Below, in pieces: positions 32,645 through 44,025 of a DNA stretch of 64,000 nt. Position numbers and translations under genes: made by a program. The notes beneath the pieces were generated by a model. That model was not told where the DNA came from. It was given only the letters and a program-made list of their open reading frames with translations, and ran no database searches. Each line of letters opens with the position of its first letter. Positions within the stretch are counted from its first letter, which is position 1. Origin of the DNA: an uncultured delta proteobacterium (GTDB lineage Bacteria; Desulfobacterota; Syntrophia; Syntrophales; UBA5619); assembly GCA_963817385.1 (NCBI GenBank), contig CAWFOM010000005.1, forward strand, positions 256,001-320,000, read 5' to 3'.

Positions 32645-33876
32645 TCTTTTCAAAATCGCGATCCGGAATCTGCTCCGGTACAAAAGACGAACGCTCCTGA
32701 CCGCCTCCCTGATCACCGTCGGCGTGGTCTTCGTCCTGGCGTTCGTCTCCATTTCCGGCTCGTTCAAGAACATGATGATCGGCCAGATCACGGACTCCAT
32801 GCTGGGACACCTGCAGGTGCACCGCAAAGGTTTTGTCGCCTCCATCGAGACCCTCCCCCTCAACCTCAACCTCAAGGAGGGCGCCATCGGCAGGCTGGAA
32901 AAGATCCTGAACGCGCAGCCGGAGATCGAGGCCTATTCGCCGCGGGTGAAGTTCGGCGGCATGTTCAGCAATTTCACGGAGACGTCGAGCATCCGTTTGA
33001 CCGCGATCTATCCCGGAAAAGGAGTTCAAGACGGTTCCGCTTCTTCCCGGCAGGGTGACGGACGGTGTCAAGGACCTGAAACCCGGCGGCATCCTGATTC
33101 CGGAACTGCTGGCCCGGGGCATGAAGATCAAGCCCGGCGACGCGGTGGTCATCGTGGCCACCAACGCGGACGGCTCGGTCAACGGCAAGCAGTTCACCGT
33201 GACGGGCGTCCTGGAGAGCGCGACCGGTCCCGGCGGAAGGGACGGCTACCTCCACATGGACGACGCCCGGGAACTCCTGCGCATGGAGGGCCAGCAGGTG
33301 AGCGAATACGCCGTCCGGCTCAAGGACTTCGGAAAGCTGGCCGCCTTCGGCGAAAAGCTCGACGGCCTGCTCGCCAAGGAACTCAACCAGCAGGGCAAAC
33401 CGATCTTCGAGCTCCACACCTGGGAGAAGCTCTCGCCCTTCTTCAACATCGCCCGGATGATCGACGTGATGACCTTTTTCATCAAGCTCATGCTGATCGC
33501 CATCGTCCTGATCAGCATCATGAACGTGATGATCATGGCCGTGTATGAAAGGATCCGGGAGATCGGAACCATCGCGGCCATCGGCACGCTGCCCGGAAAG
33601 ATCCTGAACATGTTCGTGATCGAGGGATTCTGCATGGGGGTGGCGGGCGCCCTGATCGGCGATATCGTGGGGATCGCTCTCGTCTATATCCTGAATCTGT
33701 TCAAGATCAGTTACGACTTCGGCCAGCAGAAGGGGTTCATCCTCCAGGCCGGCGTCTCACCGGCCGACATCCTCGTGATCTCGGCCACGGTCATCATCGT
33801 CTCGGTCATCGCCAGTCTCCAGCCCGCCTTCAAGGCGTCGCGCATGGAGCCGATCCAGGCGCTCAGACATGTATAG
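32637..33876 (+). CDS. ABC transporter permease (FtsX/LolE-like); frameshift near 33020
   Basis: IAIRNLLRYKRRTLLT and AVYERIREIGT...SLQPAFKASRMEPIQALR. Confidence 0.88.
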
Positions 33877-33885
33877 GAGGCTTCC

Positions 33886-34620
33886 ATGCGGAACATGAAA
33901 TGGATCATCGTATTTTTATCGCTGCTCATTGCCCTGCCGGTTTATGCCGTCGACGGCACGGCGCTGTTGAAACAGGTGGACCGAAACCTCAGTCCCGAGA
34001 CCTATGAGTCCTACCGGAAGCTGATCAACATCGAGCCCGACGGCAAGAAAAAGGAGTTCACCCTCTTTACCGTCAAGAAGGGGATCGACAAGGTGGCCTC
34101 GCTGTTCATCGCCCCGGCGAGCGAGAAGGGGCGAAGCACCCTGCGGCTGGGCGACAACATGTGGCTTTACATCCCGAACGTCGGCAAGCCGATCCGGATC
34201 ACGAGCCTCCAGTCCGTCGTCGGCGGCGTCTTCAACAATGCCGACATCCTCCAGTTGGACTACGCCGCGGAATACGACGTGGAAAAGGTCGAGGAAACGG
34301 GAGGCGAATATCTCCTCTATCTCAAGGCGAAGACCAAGACCGTGGCCTATGACCGGCTGAAGATCTGGGCGGACAAGAAGAGCGTCCTGCCGACCAAGAT
34401 CGAATGCCTCACCGAGGCGAACATGCTGATCAAGACCCTCTATTTCAAGGACGTCAAGAACTTCGGCGGCGGGATCACGCGGCCGGCGGTGATCGAGACG
34501 GACAGCCCTCTCTACAAAGGCTACAAGTCGGTCATGATCTTCGCCGGGATCAAGAAGCGCGATTTCAAGGATGAGGTCTTCACCCTGACCTTCATGCCCA
34601 ACATCGAATCGCTACGGTAG
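33886..34620 (+). CDS. outer-membrane lipoprotein-sorting protein (LolA-like)
   Basis: Signal peptide; PASEKG...NMWLYIP motif; ABC operon context. Confidence 0.8.
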   Translation: MRNMKWIIVFLSLLIALPVYAVDGTALLKQVDRNLSPETYESYRKLINIEPDGKKKEFTLFTVKKGIDKVASLFIAPASEKGRSTLRLGDNMWLYIPNVGKPIRITSLQSVVGGVFNNADILQLDYAAEYDVEKVEETGGEYLLYLKAKTKTVAYDRLKIWADKKSVLPTKIECLTEANMLIKTLYFKDVKNFGGGITRPAVIETDSPLYKGYKSVMIFAGIKKRDFKDEVFTLTFMPNIESLR

Positions 34621-34739
34621 TGGTTTTTGGGGTAAAATTCTTCAATCTATGCGGATTAGACGGGGCGGCCGTTCGCTTGGCGGCGGCCGACCGCCCCTGT
34701 CGGCGGACCCGACGGCTGGGCTTGTTGTGGGGGGAACGG

Positions 34740-36100
34740 ATGGACCAAAAATCAATCGTGATCGGTAAAAGGCTACCCCGGCGACGGCTTTTCGCCTGGG
34801 TGTGCGATACCCATCATCTTCTTGAGCCTTCTTCTCCTCTGGCCGCTTTCTCTTCGCGCCGAGGAGACCTACACGTTCGACCCCAGTGAAATCGAGAAGA
34901 AACCCTACCATTTCGGCGGGTATGTGGAGATGAAACCGACGATCTTCCAAACCCGCCAAGATTCCTCCCTCTACCGTCTGAAGTATTACAGCCGGGACCT
35001 CGGGGAGACGCTGGAGGAGGCCAATTTCAAGCTCCAGCTTGAGGGGAGCTATGAAAAGGGGATCACCCGCCTCTATTTCAAGACCAACACGGATTACAAA
35101 CTCTCGCGGCTGGGAGATCAGGAGAAGACGGATCTCTATGAGGGGTTTCTCTCCCTGAACCCCTCCTCTGCCTGGAAGATCGACGCTGGCAAGAAGACCT
35201 TCAAGTGGGGGAAGGGGTACGCCTGGAACCCCGTGGCGTTCATCGACCGTCCCAAGGACCCCGACGATCCCGAGGTCGGCATGGAGGGGGTCTTTGCGGT
35301 ATCGGCCGACTACACGAAGAGCTTCGACGGGCCGCTCAAGACCGTCTCGTTCACCCCGGTCCTTCAGCCCGTCTACGACCACATCAACGCCGAGTTCGGA
35401 AAGAAAGACTATGTGAATCTGGCCGGCAAGCTCTACCTGCTCCTGTACGACACGGACATCGATCTGATCTTCTTGACGGGCGGAAGCCGGACGACCCGTT
35501 ACGGGGCGGACTTCTCAAGGAATATCGGGACGAACTGGGAGATCCACGGGGAAGTGGCCCACATCAAGGATTTCCGGGCGAACCTGATCGATCCGACGGG
35601 AAAGGTTTCGACGGTGGAATACGATGCGACGAGTTTTCTGTTGGGGACGAGATACCTGACCGCCCAAGACACGACCTACATCCTGGAATACTACCGGAAC
35701 GGCACGGGGTTTTCCGAGAATGAGATGAAGGATTTCTTCGGTTTCGTCAATGACGCCTATCGGACTTATACGGCGACCGGCAACGACGCCGCCCTGCAGA
35801 AGGCCGCAACACTCTCCGAAGGCAATTACGGCCGGGCAAACCCCCTGCGCGATTACCTCTATTTGCGGATCGCCCAGAAGGAGCCCTTCGACATCCTCTA
35901 TTTCAACCCGGCGATCACGACGATCCTCAACCTCAACGACCGGAGCTTCACGGTCTCCCCCGAAATGACCTACACGGGGATCACGAATCTGGATCTGCGC
36001 CTCAAGGCGAGCTTCATCAACGGCCCGAAAGAGAGCGAGTATGGGGAAAAACCGTTTGACTTCAAACTGGAGCTGCGGGTCGGGTACTATTTTTTTAGGC
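34740..36100 (+). CDS. putative outer-membrane beta-barrel protein; probable frameshifts at both ends
   Basis: GKKTFKWGKGYAWNP motif; natural C-terminus ...LRVGYYF (terminal aromatic OMP signature) just before an out-of-frame TAG after a T run. Confidence 0.7.
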
Positions 36101-36112
36101 CTGAACCTGAGA

Positions 36113-36164
36113 TGATTACCATGGCCGTCTTTGACAATGCAGAAGGATCATGGGATAATTCCAT
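36113..36164 (+). repeat. 52-bp direct repeat (second copy at 49616-49667) containing a sigma-70 promoter TTGACA-N17-GATAAT
   Basis: 49/52 identical by manual alignment; -35 at 36131, -10 at 36154. Confidence 0.85.
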
Positions 36165-36195
36165 CATAATCAGCAGTGATTAGTAAACCTATGAT

Positions 36196-36294
36196 CAGCT
36201 ATTGTTCACGGAAGCCGGAGTATCCAATGAGCGACTTGCAAGAGAGATCGTCGAACAAAGAAAGGCAGAGGAGGCGCTGAAGGAGAGCGAGGAG
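36196..36294 (+). pseudogene. remnant of a sensor-kinase signalling helix
   Basis: Reads QLLFTEAGVSNERLAREIVEQRKAEEALKESEE, a typical GAF/PAS linker, with no surrounding gene. Confidence 0.5.
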
Positions 36295-36329
36295 ACTTTA
36301 CCGAGTGCAATACAAGGAAGTAGGGAATC

Positions 36330-36899
36330 ATGACAAAGGAAGAAAAGATTGAAGCCATAAAGCAGCGGGCCAGAAAGAATTTTACACTGGGGTACAATTG
36401 TGCGGAATGTGTAACCGAGGCAGTGCTCAGTCAGATTGACACGGGCCTTCCTCCTGAAGTTAAGAAAGTGGCCACGGGTTTCGGCGGGGGCGTCGGGCTC
36501 TTCGGCGATACCTGCGGGGCTATCGCAGGCGCAGTCATTGCTGTTGGCGCGGTACATGGCCGTAGCGCCCTACCGGAAGGGGAAGGAAAAGAGGCGGTGA
36601 AAAAGTCGGCCAATCAATTATATGGGAGACCGGGACTTTATCGCCTTTTCAATCAGATCCCGAATAAATTCAAAGATAAATACGGTTTTACCTTGTGCCG
36701 GGATCTGACATCTAAATGGCAGAAGAGCTGGCTCTGTCGTGATCATGCCTTTCATTGCCGGGAGATTATCACCGATGCGGCGGCCATTGCCGCGGAACTG
36801 ATCATGACGGAACGGAATGAAGCCGCCTCCCGACCCTTTGGCAGCAACGTGGAAAACCTCAAGGATCCCGGCGCCGATCAATCCAACAAGGTGACCTGA
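36330..36899 (+). CDS. C-GCAxxG-C-C family putative redox protein
   Basis: YNCAE, GFGGG, TCGAIAG, LCRDL and C-terminal Cys pattern. Confidence 0.85.
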   Translation: MTKEEKIEAIKQRARKNFTLGYNCAECVTEAVLSQIDTGLPPEVKKVATGFGGGVGLFGDTCGAIAGAVIAVGAVHGRSALPEGEGKEAVKKSANQLYGRPGLYRLFNQIPNKFKDKYGFTLCRDLTSKWQKSWLCRDHAFHCREIITDAAAIAAELIMTERNEAASRPFGSNVENLKDPGADQSNKVT

Positions 36900-36986
36900 G
36901 GAACAGCACAGGGAGCAGGTTGCTCCTGATTGCATCGCCGATCCTAAAAACTCTCCTCTGACCGGCGTCTTTTTGCAGAGACCCGG

Positions 36987-37136
36987 TCAGCTCTTCGTTT
37001 CTTCCGATTTCTTTTTTCCGCCCTCACCGGAGCAGCCCTGGCGCATTCAGCCCGGCCCTCCCCGTCTCGGGATGCGCCACCCCAGGAGAAGGTACCAGAG
37101 GACCACCGTGATCAGCAATAACCAAACCCAGCTCAT
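36987..37136 (-). CDS. putative small membrane selenoprotein, 49 aa (UGA at codon 30, 37047-37049)
   Basis: MSWVWLLLITVVLWYLLLGWRIPRRGGPG-U-MRQGCSGEGGKKKSEETKS; ATGA overlap with the upstream paralogue; SECIS-like hairpin. Confidence 0.6.
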
Positions 37137-37327
37137 TTCGCTTCCCCTGACGTTTTGTGTTCCTGGGCATCGGCACCCAGGCGAGAGGACTCGTCACTAT
37201 CCTTCTTGCTGCTCTCGACCGAGCAGCCTTGGCGCATTCAGGTCGAAATGCCCAATCGGGGCAACAGCCACCCTTGGACAAAAAACCACACCGCGACAAA
37301 GATAACCAACATTATAAGATCATTCAT
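37133..37327 (-). CDS. putative small membrane selenoprotein, 64 aa (UGA at codon 30, 37238-37240)
   Basis: GAGGGG RBS; MNDLIMLVIFVAVWFFVQGWLLPRLGIST-U-MRQGCSVESSKK...; hairpin GCTGCTC-GGTCGA-GAGCAGC at +11 to +30 after UGA. Confidence 0.65.
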
Positions 37328-37383
37328 TTTCCCCTCATTTGTTCTCCCTTTTTTCAGTGGGCGTTCACGCCTCAGCCGTCCGG

Positions 37384-37740
37384 TTATCCGGGAAGGTTCC
37401 GGTCGATGAACGCTGCAAGTTTGTCCTTTGTCGTGAGGCCGACGAGGGTCTCTCGGACTTTTCCTTCTCGGATGAAAAGCATCGTCGGTATGCTCCGGAC
37501 CCCATAATTCGCAGCAGTTTTCGGAGATTCATCCACATTCACCTTGATCACATTGGCTCGCCCGTCGTACTCCTTGCCGATATCTTCCAGGATAGGCGCG
37601 AGGGCTCTGCAGGGTCCGCACCAGGGCGCCCAGAAATCGACCAGCGCGGGCCGGTCCGTTTTCAACACTACCGACTTAAAGGTGTTGTCATCGGCGTGTC
37701 CGACTAACTCTTTCGTTTCCATTTTTTCCTCCATTCGCAT
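37384..37740 (-). CDS. trxA: thioredoxin
   Basis: DFWAPWCGPC and VRSIPT motifs. Confidence 0.95.
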   Translation of the reverse strand: MRMEEKMETKELVGHADDNTFKSVVLKTDRPALVDFWAPWCGPCRALAPILEDIGKEYDGRANVIKVNVDESPKTAANYGVRSIPTMLFIREGKVRETLVGLTTKDKLAAFIDRNLPG

Positions 37741-37824
37741 TTGTTGTATTGATCGTTCCGCTGTTCGCGTGTTGCGATTATCCCGGTTACGGCTACATCA
37801 TACCCCCGGTTCGGAGGGTTGTCA

Positions 37825-37838
37825 TTGATCCAAATCAA
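37825..37838. promoter_or_regulatory. FNR/Dnr-type binding site upstream of trxA
   Basis: TTGATCCAAATCAA. Confidence 0.75.
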
Positions 37839-38216
37839 CGACAGAAATATTTCGAGAGGTGTCCAACCGGCCTACCGATCCGGTAAATCTCCAGAGATTG
37901 GAGCAGCCGGCGAAGGGTTCTATTCAGATGGGTGTCATTTCGCTAGTTGAGCTCCCATCACACTTTCAGCGGGTGTGGTGCACAAAAAATTGGATTGATG
38001 CAAAAGGGAAATGGGAAACGTCCTATTTCATCTGAAGTGGTAGAGTTTGTGAGTATTCATAGGTAGGTATTGTCTACCATTTTGCCCTGATTAAATCCTC
38101 ATTTCTTAGCATTAAATGTGTGAAGTATATTTAGAGGACTCTATCAATCTAAACAGCACGGGATGACTGGAAGATTTTTTTGGGGGTACAACGAAAATCA
38201 TATAAAGGAGGTATTT

Positions 38217-38535
38217 ATGCCTAAAATTATCCGATTCCGGCAATTTCACAAAATCATTTTCATAACTCCAGTGGCGGGGCTGATATTTTTTTCTTTCCTC
38301 GCCCTTCCATCTTCAGCAAAAGAGAACAACGGATTTCAGCACGGCCATTATCCAGGTGGCAAAACAAAACATACCAGCCGTGGTGCACATCGAAGTCACA
38401 GAACGGCAGGAGGTGGTAAATCCCCTCCTACCATTCGGAAACGATCCCTTCTTCCGCCGGTTCTTTAACATTCCTCAGATGCCCCGGAAATTTAAACGCG
38501 AAATGAAAGGATTAGGTTCGGGAATGATCATGGAT
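38217..38535 (+). pseudogene. 5' fragment of a DegP/DegQ protease gene
   Basis: Signal peptide, a frameshift, then VAKQNIPAVVHIEV...GLGSGMIMD matching the N-terminus of the intact gene at 58063-59502; stops before the catalytic His. Confidence 0.8.
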
Positions 38536-38680
38536 CTGCCGCTTGACGAGCCTGTCAGGGCTGCAAAACATTACCGGAAGGCGACGGCTGTCCAGATACG
38601 CGATGCCTACGGGAAATGGATGCGTCCCGAGGATTTTGTCCAGGTTACGGAGGGACCGAACCCCGATTAGGTGTGATTTT

Positions 38681-41239
38681 ATGAATAAAAATATCACACG
38701 ATATTCAGGTGTTGTCTTTAGCTCTCTCTTTTTTATCCTTGCTTTGGCGGTCTTGTATCACGAGCTTAGGGACCATCATCTACACGATATTATCGGTCAA
38801 CTGAAAAACCTCTCTTCATTGAGAGTTTTCATTGCTGTTTTGTTGACCATCCTCAATTATCTGGTTATGACCGGGTATGATTTCCTGGCTTTCCATTTTA
38901 TCAATCGCCCCGTCGCATACAGAAAAATCGCCACCGTATCGCTCATCAGCTATGCATTCAGCAATAACATGGGGTTGTTCATGTTCGGCGGCGCTCCGGT
39001 GAGGTATCGCCTCTACTCACCCATAGGGTTTTCCGCCGTCGATATAACGAATGTCGTCAGTCTTCTGTAGTCTCAGCCTGTGGATCGGTTTTCTGACGCT
39101 GGGCGGAGTCGTCTTCCTCACGGGACATCTCACTATCCCCCATATGTTTAACCTCCCCCTTATTCCGGTCCGTCTGATCGGGGTACTTTTTCTCAGCCTT
39201 GTAAGCGGGTATCTCCTGACGAACGCCTTCAGGAAAGAACCGCTGAAAATAGGGAAGTGGGGTTTCCCCCTCATACCGGTCAAGCTTTCTCTATTGCAGA
39301 TACTATTCTCTGCCGCTGATTGGGCATTAACCGGGTTGATACTGTATTTATTTCTTCCTTCTCCGGCGAGTCTTTCCTATCCTGAGTTTCTCGGCGTCTT
39401 TCTCCTCGCTCAGCTTATCGGTATCGTCAGCACTGTCCCGGGCGGTCTGGGCGTTTTCGAAACCGTCATGCTTATTATGCTTTCCCCTGTTGAAGCACCT
39501 GCGTCGATCGTGGCCGCCCTTCTTTTATTCCGGGGAATATTTTACCTGCTTCCGCTGGTGCTGTCTATCGCGGCCATGGTCGCCGGCGAGATTATGCAGA
39601 GAAAGGCGGTCGCCAAGAAAGCGGCCCATTATCTCGGAGGATGGGTTTCCCGACTTGCACCCCATGCACTTTCTTTTGCTACCTTCGCCAGCGGCATGAT
39701 CCTTCTTTTTTCCGTTGCCACGCCTGCAGCGCATAGCCGACTCGCCTGGCTGACAGATTTTGTGCCGCTCCCGATCCTGGAACTCTCCCATTTCCTCGCC
39801 AGCCTGTCGGGGGTCGGACTCATCCTCCTCGCCAGGGGCTTGCAGAGAAGGCTCGACGGGGCGTATGTCCTCACCGTGATTCTGCTGGGTGCAGGCGCAG
39901 TTTTTGCCTTGCTGAAGGGATTCGATTACGAAGAAGCGGTTCTTCTGACGGTCATGTTAATTGCCCTTCTCAACTCACGGCAGTATTTTTACCGCAAATC
40001 ATCCCTTCTCAATCAGCGGTTTACTCCCGGCTGGATAGCGGCGTTAACACTGACAATGGTCGCTTCTCTCTGGCTGGGTGTATTTGCCTTCCGGCATGTT
40101 GAATATGCCCATGACCTCTGGTGGCAGTTTGCCTTTTCGGGAGATGCCCCCCGTTCTCTGCGGGCCATGGTGGGAGCGCTTTCGGTCATCCTTTTTTTTG
40201 CTCTCGGCCAAGCTGCTCTCGCCGGCTATCAAGAAACCGCAACTCCCCGGCAGGGATGAACTGGAAAAGGCCAAACTCATCATTGAAAAATCCCCAGAGA
40301 CCATCGGCTATCTCGCCCTCCTGGAAGACAAGGCGCTCCTGTTCAACAAACGGGAAAACGCCTTCATCATGTATGGCATAGAGCGGAGGAGCTGGATCGC
40401 CATGGGGGATCCGATCGGACCTGCTTCCGAACATGAGGAACTTATCTGGCAGTTCCGCGAGTTCACCGACAGGTATGATGGTTGGCCCGTCTTCTACCAG
40501 ATCCACGAAGAGAATATCCCGATTTATGTGGACCTCGGACTTGCCCTCCTGAAACTCGGCGAAGAAGGCATTGTTCCTCTTGGCGGACTTCTCCCTCGAC
40601 GATGGCAGGAAAAGCGAGCTTCGGCGTACGCTTCACAAATTTGACCGACAAGGATATACGTTTGAAATCGTACCAAAAGCACAGGTGCCCCTCCTGATCC
40701 AGGAATTCAGGACCATATCGGACGCCTGGCTGGCGGAGAAACATGCCCGGGAGAAGGGGTTTTCCCTGGGATTTTTCAAGGAAGAGTATCTCAACCTCTT
40801 TCCCGCGGCCGTCGTCCGCAAGGAAGACAAAATCATCGCCTTTGCCAATATCCTGTCCGGCGCCGAAAAGCAGGAACTTTCTCTTGATTTGATGCGTCAT
40901 TATCCGGATGCCCCGAATGGGACCATGGATTATCTGTTTACCAACCTCATGCTCTGGGGAAAAGAGGCGGGTTACCAACGGTTCACTCTCGGCATGGCGC
41001 CTCTGGCAGGCATCAGCGATAATCAACTCGCCCCTTTCATAAACCGGCTGGAAGCTTTTTTATACCGCCATGGCGAGCACTTCTATAATTTTCAGGGACT
41101 GCGGGACTATAAGGATAAATTCGGACCGCAATGGGAGCCCCGGTATCTGGCCTCGCCGGGTGGATTTTCGCTGCCCCTGGTTATCACCGATATTGCGGCC
41201 CTCATTTCCCGGGGGCTGAAAGGCGTGATCTTGAAATGA
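38681..41239 (+). CDS. mprF: bifunctional lysylphosphatidylglycerol flippase/synthetase (frameshifts near 39060, 40200 and 40580)
   Basis: VPGGLGVFE, ELSHF, WWQFAFSGDAPRSLRA, GDPIG, KLGEE, DLMR and FYNFQGLRDYKDKF...WEPRY motifs. Confidence 0.92.
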
Positions 41240-42634
41240 AGATGCGCATCATCGTGATTATGGCAATGGTAAGCTTCTGCTGTATGGAAGCGAATGCATT
41301 TTCCGAAGAGTCGCTCCGGTTCGGGCGATTCGGCGCCGTCACTATTTATAAAACAGCCCCTCATCCCTCACGCGTGGTTCTCTTTGTATCCGGAGATGGC
41401 GGTTGGAACAAAGGCGTGGTGGATATGGCAAGAGAGCTCGCCACCATGGATGCGCTGGTAGTCGGCATTGATATCACTCATTACCTGAGAGAGCTTTCTT
41501 CATCACGGGAAAATTGTTCCTACCCGGCTGCGGATTTCGAAGCGCTGAGCAAATACATCCAGCAAAAATTCGCCTTCCCGAACTATGTTCAGCCTCTCCT
41601 GGTGGGATATTCTTCCGGAGCGACACTCGTCTACGCCACGCTTGTCCAGTCGCCGCCCAATACCTTTTCCGCCGCCGTCAGCATGGGATTTTGTCCTGAC
41701 CTGCCGCTGCAGAAACCCTTCTGCCGCGGATACGGACTGGAATGGAACCCGGGACCGAAGGGTAAAGGATACAGCTTCCTTCCCGCAAAACACCTGCCAT
41801 CCCCCTGGATAGCCTTTCAGGGAACGATCGATCAGGTATGCGATGCCGCCCTCGTGGAAAAATATGTGAAGCAGGTTGCCGCGGGGGAAATCGTCTTGCT
41901 GCCCAAAGTCGGACATGGATTTTCCGTGCCGCGAAACTGGTTGCCTCAGTTCCGGAAAACTGTTCAGCACATCTTTGAGAACCCATCGGCCGGACCATCG
42001 CCTGTACCTGACAACCTCAAAGACCTGCCTCTGGTGGAAGTGAAATCCGCCGACATGGGAAAGGATGTTTTTGCCGTCATCATTTCCGGCGACGGCGGCT
42101 GGGCGGGAATCGACCGGGAAGTCGCGCAGGCGCTCTCGGAAAAAGGGATTCCCGTTGTGGGATTGAATGCCCTACAGTATTTCTGGAAACCTCGCACGCC
42201 AGAGGGTACGGCCCATGACCTGGAACGTATCATCAGGCATTATCTCGATTTCTGGAACATGAAACGGGTCATCCTCATCGGCTATTCTCTGGGCGCCGAT
42301 GTCCTGCCCTTCCTCGTCAGCAGAATGCCCGATGAATTAAAAAATTCTATCGGACTTGTAGCTCTCATCGGTCCCGGCCATACCGCGGAATTCGAATTTC
42401 ACTTCACCGACTGGATCGGGAGGGCGCCTCAGGGGAAAACGTACCCCCTTCTCCCGGAAGTGAAAAAACTGGCAGGAATAAAGATCCTTTGCTTCTCCGG
42501 CGATAAGGAAAAGGATACGCTCTGCACCGATTCAGCGCTCGAAAATGTCAAGAGTCGTATCCCTTGCCGGCGGGCATCACTTTGGAGGCGATTATCGGGG
42601 AATCGCGGAAGTGATCCTCAAGGAATTGCCATAG
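41236..42634 (+). CDS. AcvB/VirJ family lysyl-phosphatidylglycerol hydrolase (frameshift near 42550)
   Basis: Two SGDGGW motifs; GYSSGA and GYSLGAD; GGHHFGGDY in the shifted frame; ATGA overlap with mprF. Confidence 0.88.
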
Positions 42635-42764
42635 TGGTTCATTACGGGTTCTATCAGGATGGTGGGCGGCAGGCGGTGGGGAAAGAAGCGATCTTTCCAT
42701 GAGAGACAATTTCATCTGCCCTGTGTTATTAAGCAGATTACTTTTGTGATTCTGGAAGAGGGTC

Positions 42765-43424
42765 ATGATGATCAGAACTCTGATATTCTTATTTGTCATC
42801 TCCTTTTTCTTCATCATGGTGCAGATCGATTTGCTGGTTTTGGCTTTCGTCAAGATCGGAATTCCACCCCATTACGTCTTTACCGCCCTCTATGCGACGC
42901 TGGCCGGCAGCTTAATCAACATACCGGTGAAAAAGATTCCTCAGGAAGCGATGACCACAGAAAGACGGATCAATTACTTCGGTTTCACTTACACGATTCC
43001 CGTGCCGAAGCAAAACATGACTGTCATAGCGGTAAATGTGGGCGGTGCAATCATCCCGGTCCTCATTTCCCTCTACCTTCTATCGGCATCAGGCCTCTAC
43101 GTCAAATCGCTCATTGCCACCGCCTTGTTGACATTGATAACCTATCGCATGGCCAAACCCCTCCCGGGCATCGGCATCACCCTTCCGTTTTTCATGCCGC
43201 CACTGCTGGCGGCCATGATTTCCATCATCCTGTCATACAATCATGCGCCGGTCATTGCCTACATCTCCGGAACGCTTGGCACCCTAATCGGCGCGGATAT
43301 CCTGCACCTGAAGGAGATTTACGGATTGGGAGCACCGGTCGCTTCCATCGGCGGCGCGGGGACATTCGATGGAATTTTTCTCAACGGGATTCTCGCGGTG
43401 ATACTTTCCGCATTCCTGATTTGA
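42765..43424 (+). CDS. DUF1614 family membrane protein
   Basis: GSLINIP, AVNVGGAIIP, GTLIGAD and SIGGAGTFDGIF motifs. Confidence 0.85.
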   Translation: MMIRTLIFLFVISFFFIMVQIDLLVLAFVKIGIPPHYVFTALYATLAGSLINIPVKKIPQEAMTTERRINYFGFTYTIPVPKQNMTVIAVNVGGAIIPVLISLYLLSASGLYVKSLIATALLTLITYRMAKPLPGIGITLPFFMPPLLAAMISIILSYNHAPVIAYISGTLGTLIGADILHLKEIYGLGAPVASIGGAGTFDGIFLNGILAVILSAFLI

Positions 43425-43479
43425 AAGCCATTGCGGCCTTAATCAACGGTAGATTCGGAACGACAAACAGGGCGGCACC

Positions 43480-44025
43480 ATGAATAACAAGAAATACATG
43501 GTTACGATAACCGTCATCATTGCGGCATATATTCTAATCGGGGGAGGAATCCTTCCTCTCATCGACAAATCATCTGTGTGCGGAGAGACAAAGAGCACCC
43601 AACCGTCGAAAACCACCATCTCCAAAATCCCCAGTTTCGCAGTCAGATCCAAAATACCCGCCGCCGGCAAACAAGGCCCGCCCGCTGAAGCTGCCACACT
43701 CATCGGCAACTGGCAAAAAGGAGAGAATCTCTTTGCAAAAAATTGTCGGCCCTGTCACGGCCCGCGGGGTACGGATAACGTGTCCAATCCGGGCTCCAGT
43801 GATGGCACCGTGCCGCCGCTCAATCCTATTGATCCCGAACTTGCCAATAAGAACCCGTCAGTCTTTGCTGGTAATATCGACCGCATCGTTCAGCATGGCT
43901 CAATCCCCGACGGTTCTAATCCCACACTATTCATGCCGAACTGGGAAGATAGTAAAAACCTCTCCCAACGGGATATCGCCGACCTTGAAGCTTACATCAT
44001 GCACCTCAATGGAATTGCCAGGTAG
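43480..44025 (+). CDS. membrane-anchored monoheme c-type cytochrome
   Basis: N-terminal TM segment; CRPCH; distal MP...LSQRDIADLEAYI. Confidence 0.85.
   Translation: MNNKKYMVTITVIIAAYILIGGGILPLIDKSSVCGETKSTQPSKTTISKIPSFAVRSKIPAAGKQGPPAEAATLIGNWQKGENLFAKNCRPCHGPRGTDNVSNPGSSDGTVPPLNPIDPELANKNPSVFAGNIDRIVQHGSIPDGSNPTLFMPNWEDSKNLSQRDIADLEAYIMHLNGIAR

Noticed and set aside
34660..34702. GC-rich inverted repeat between the LolA-like and OMP genes as a REP element
   Set aside because: Single imperfect copy in the window; cannot be distinguished from an mRNA-stabilising hairpin
36100..36183. C-terminal extension MITMAVFDNAEGSWDN of ORF 34822-36183, also seen in ORF 49537-49908, as a shared protein motif
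   Set aside because: It is the translation of the duplicated non-coding promoter segment
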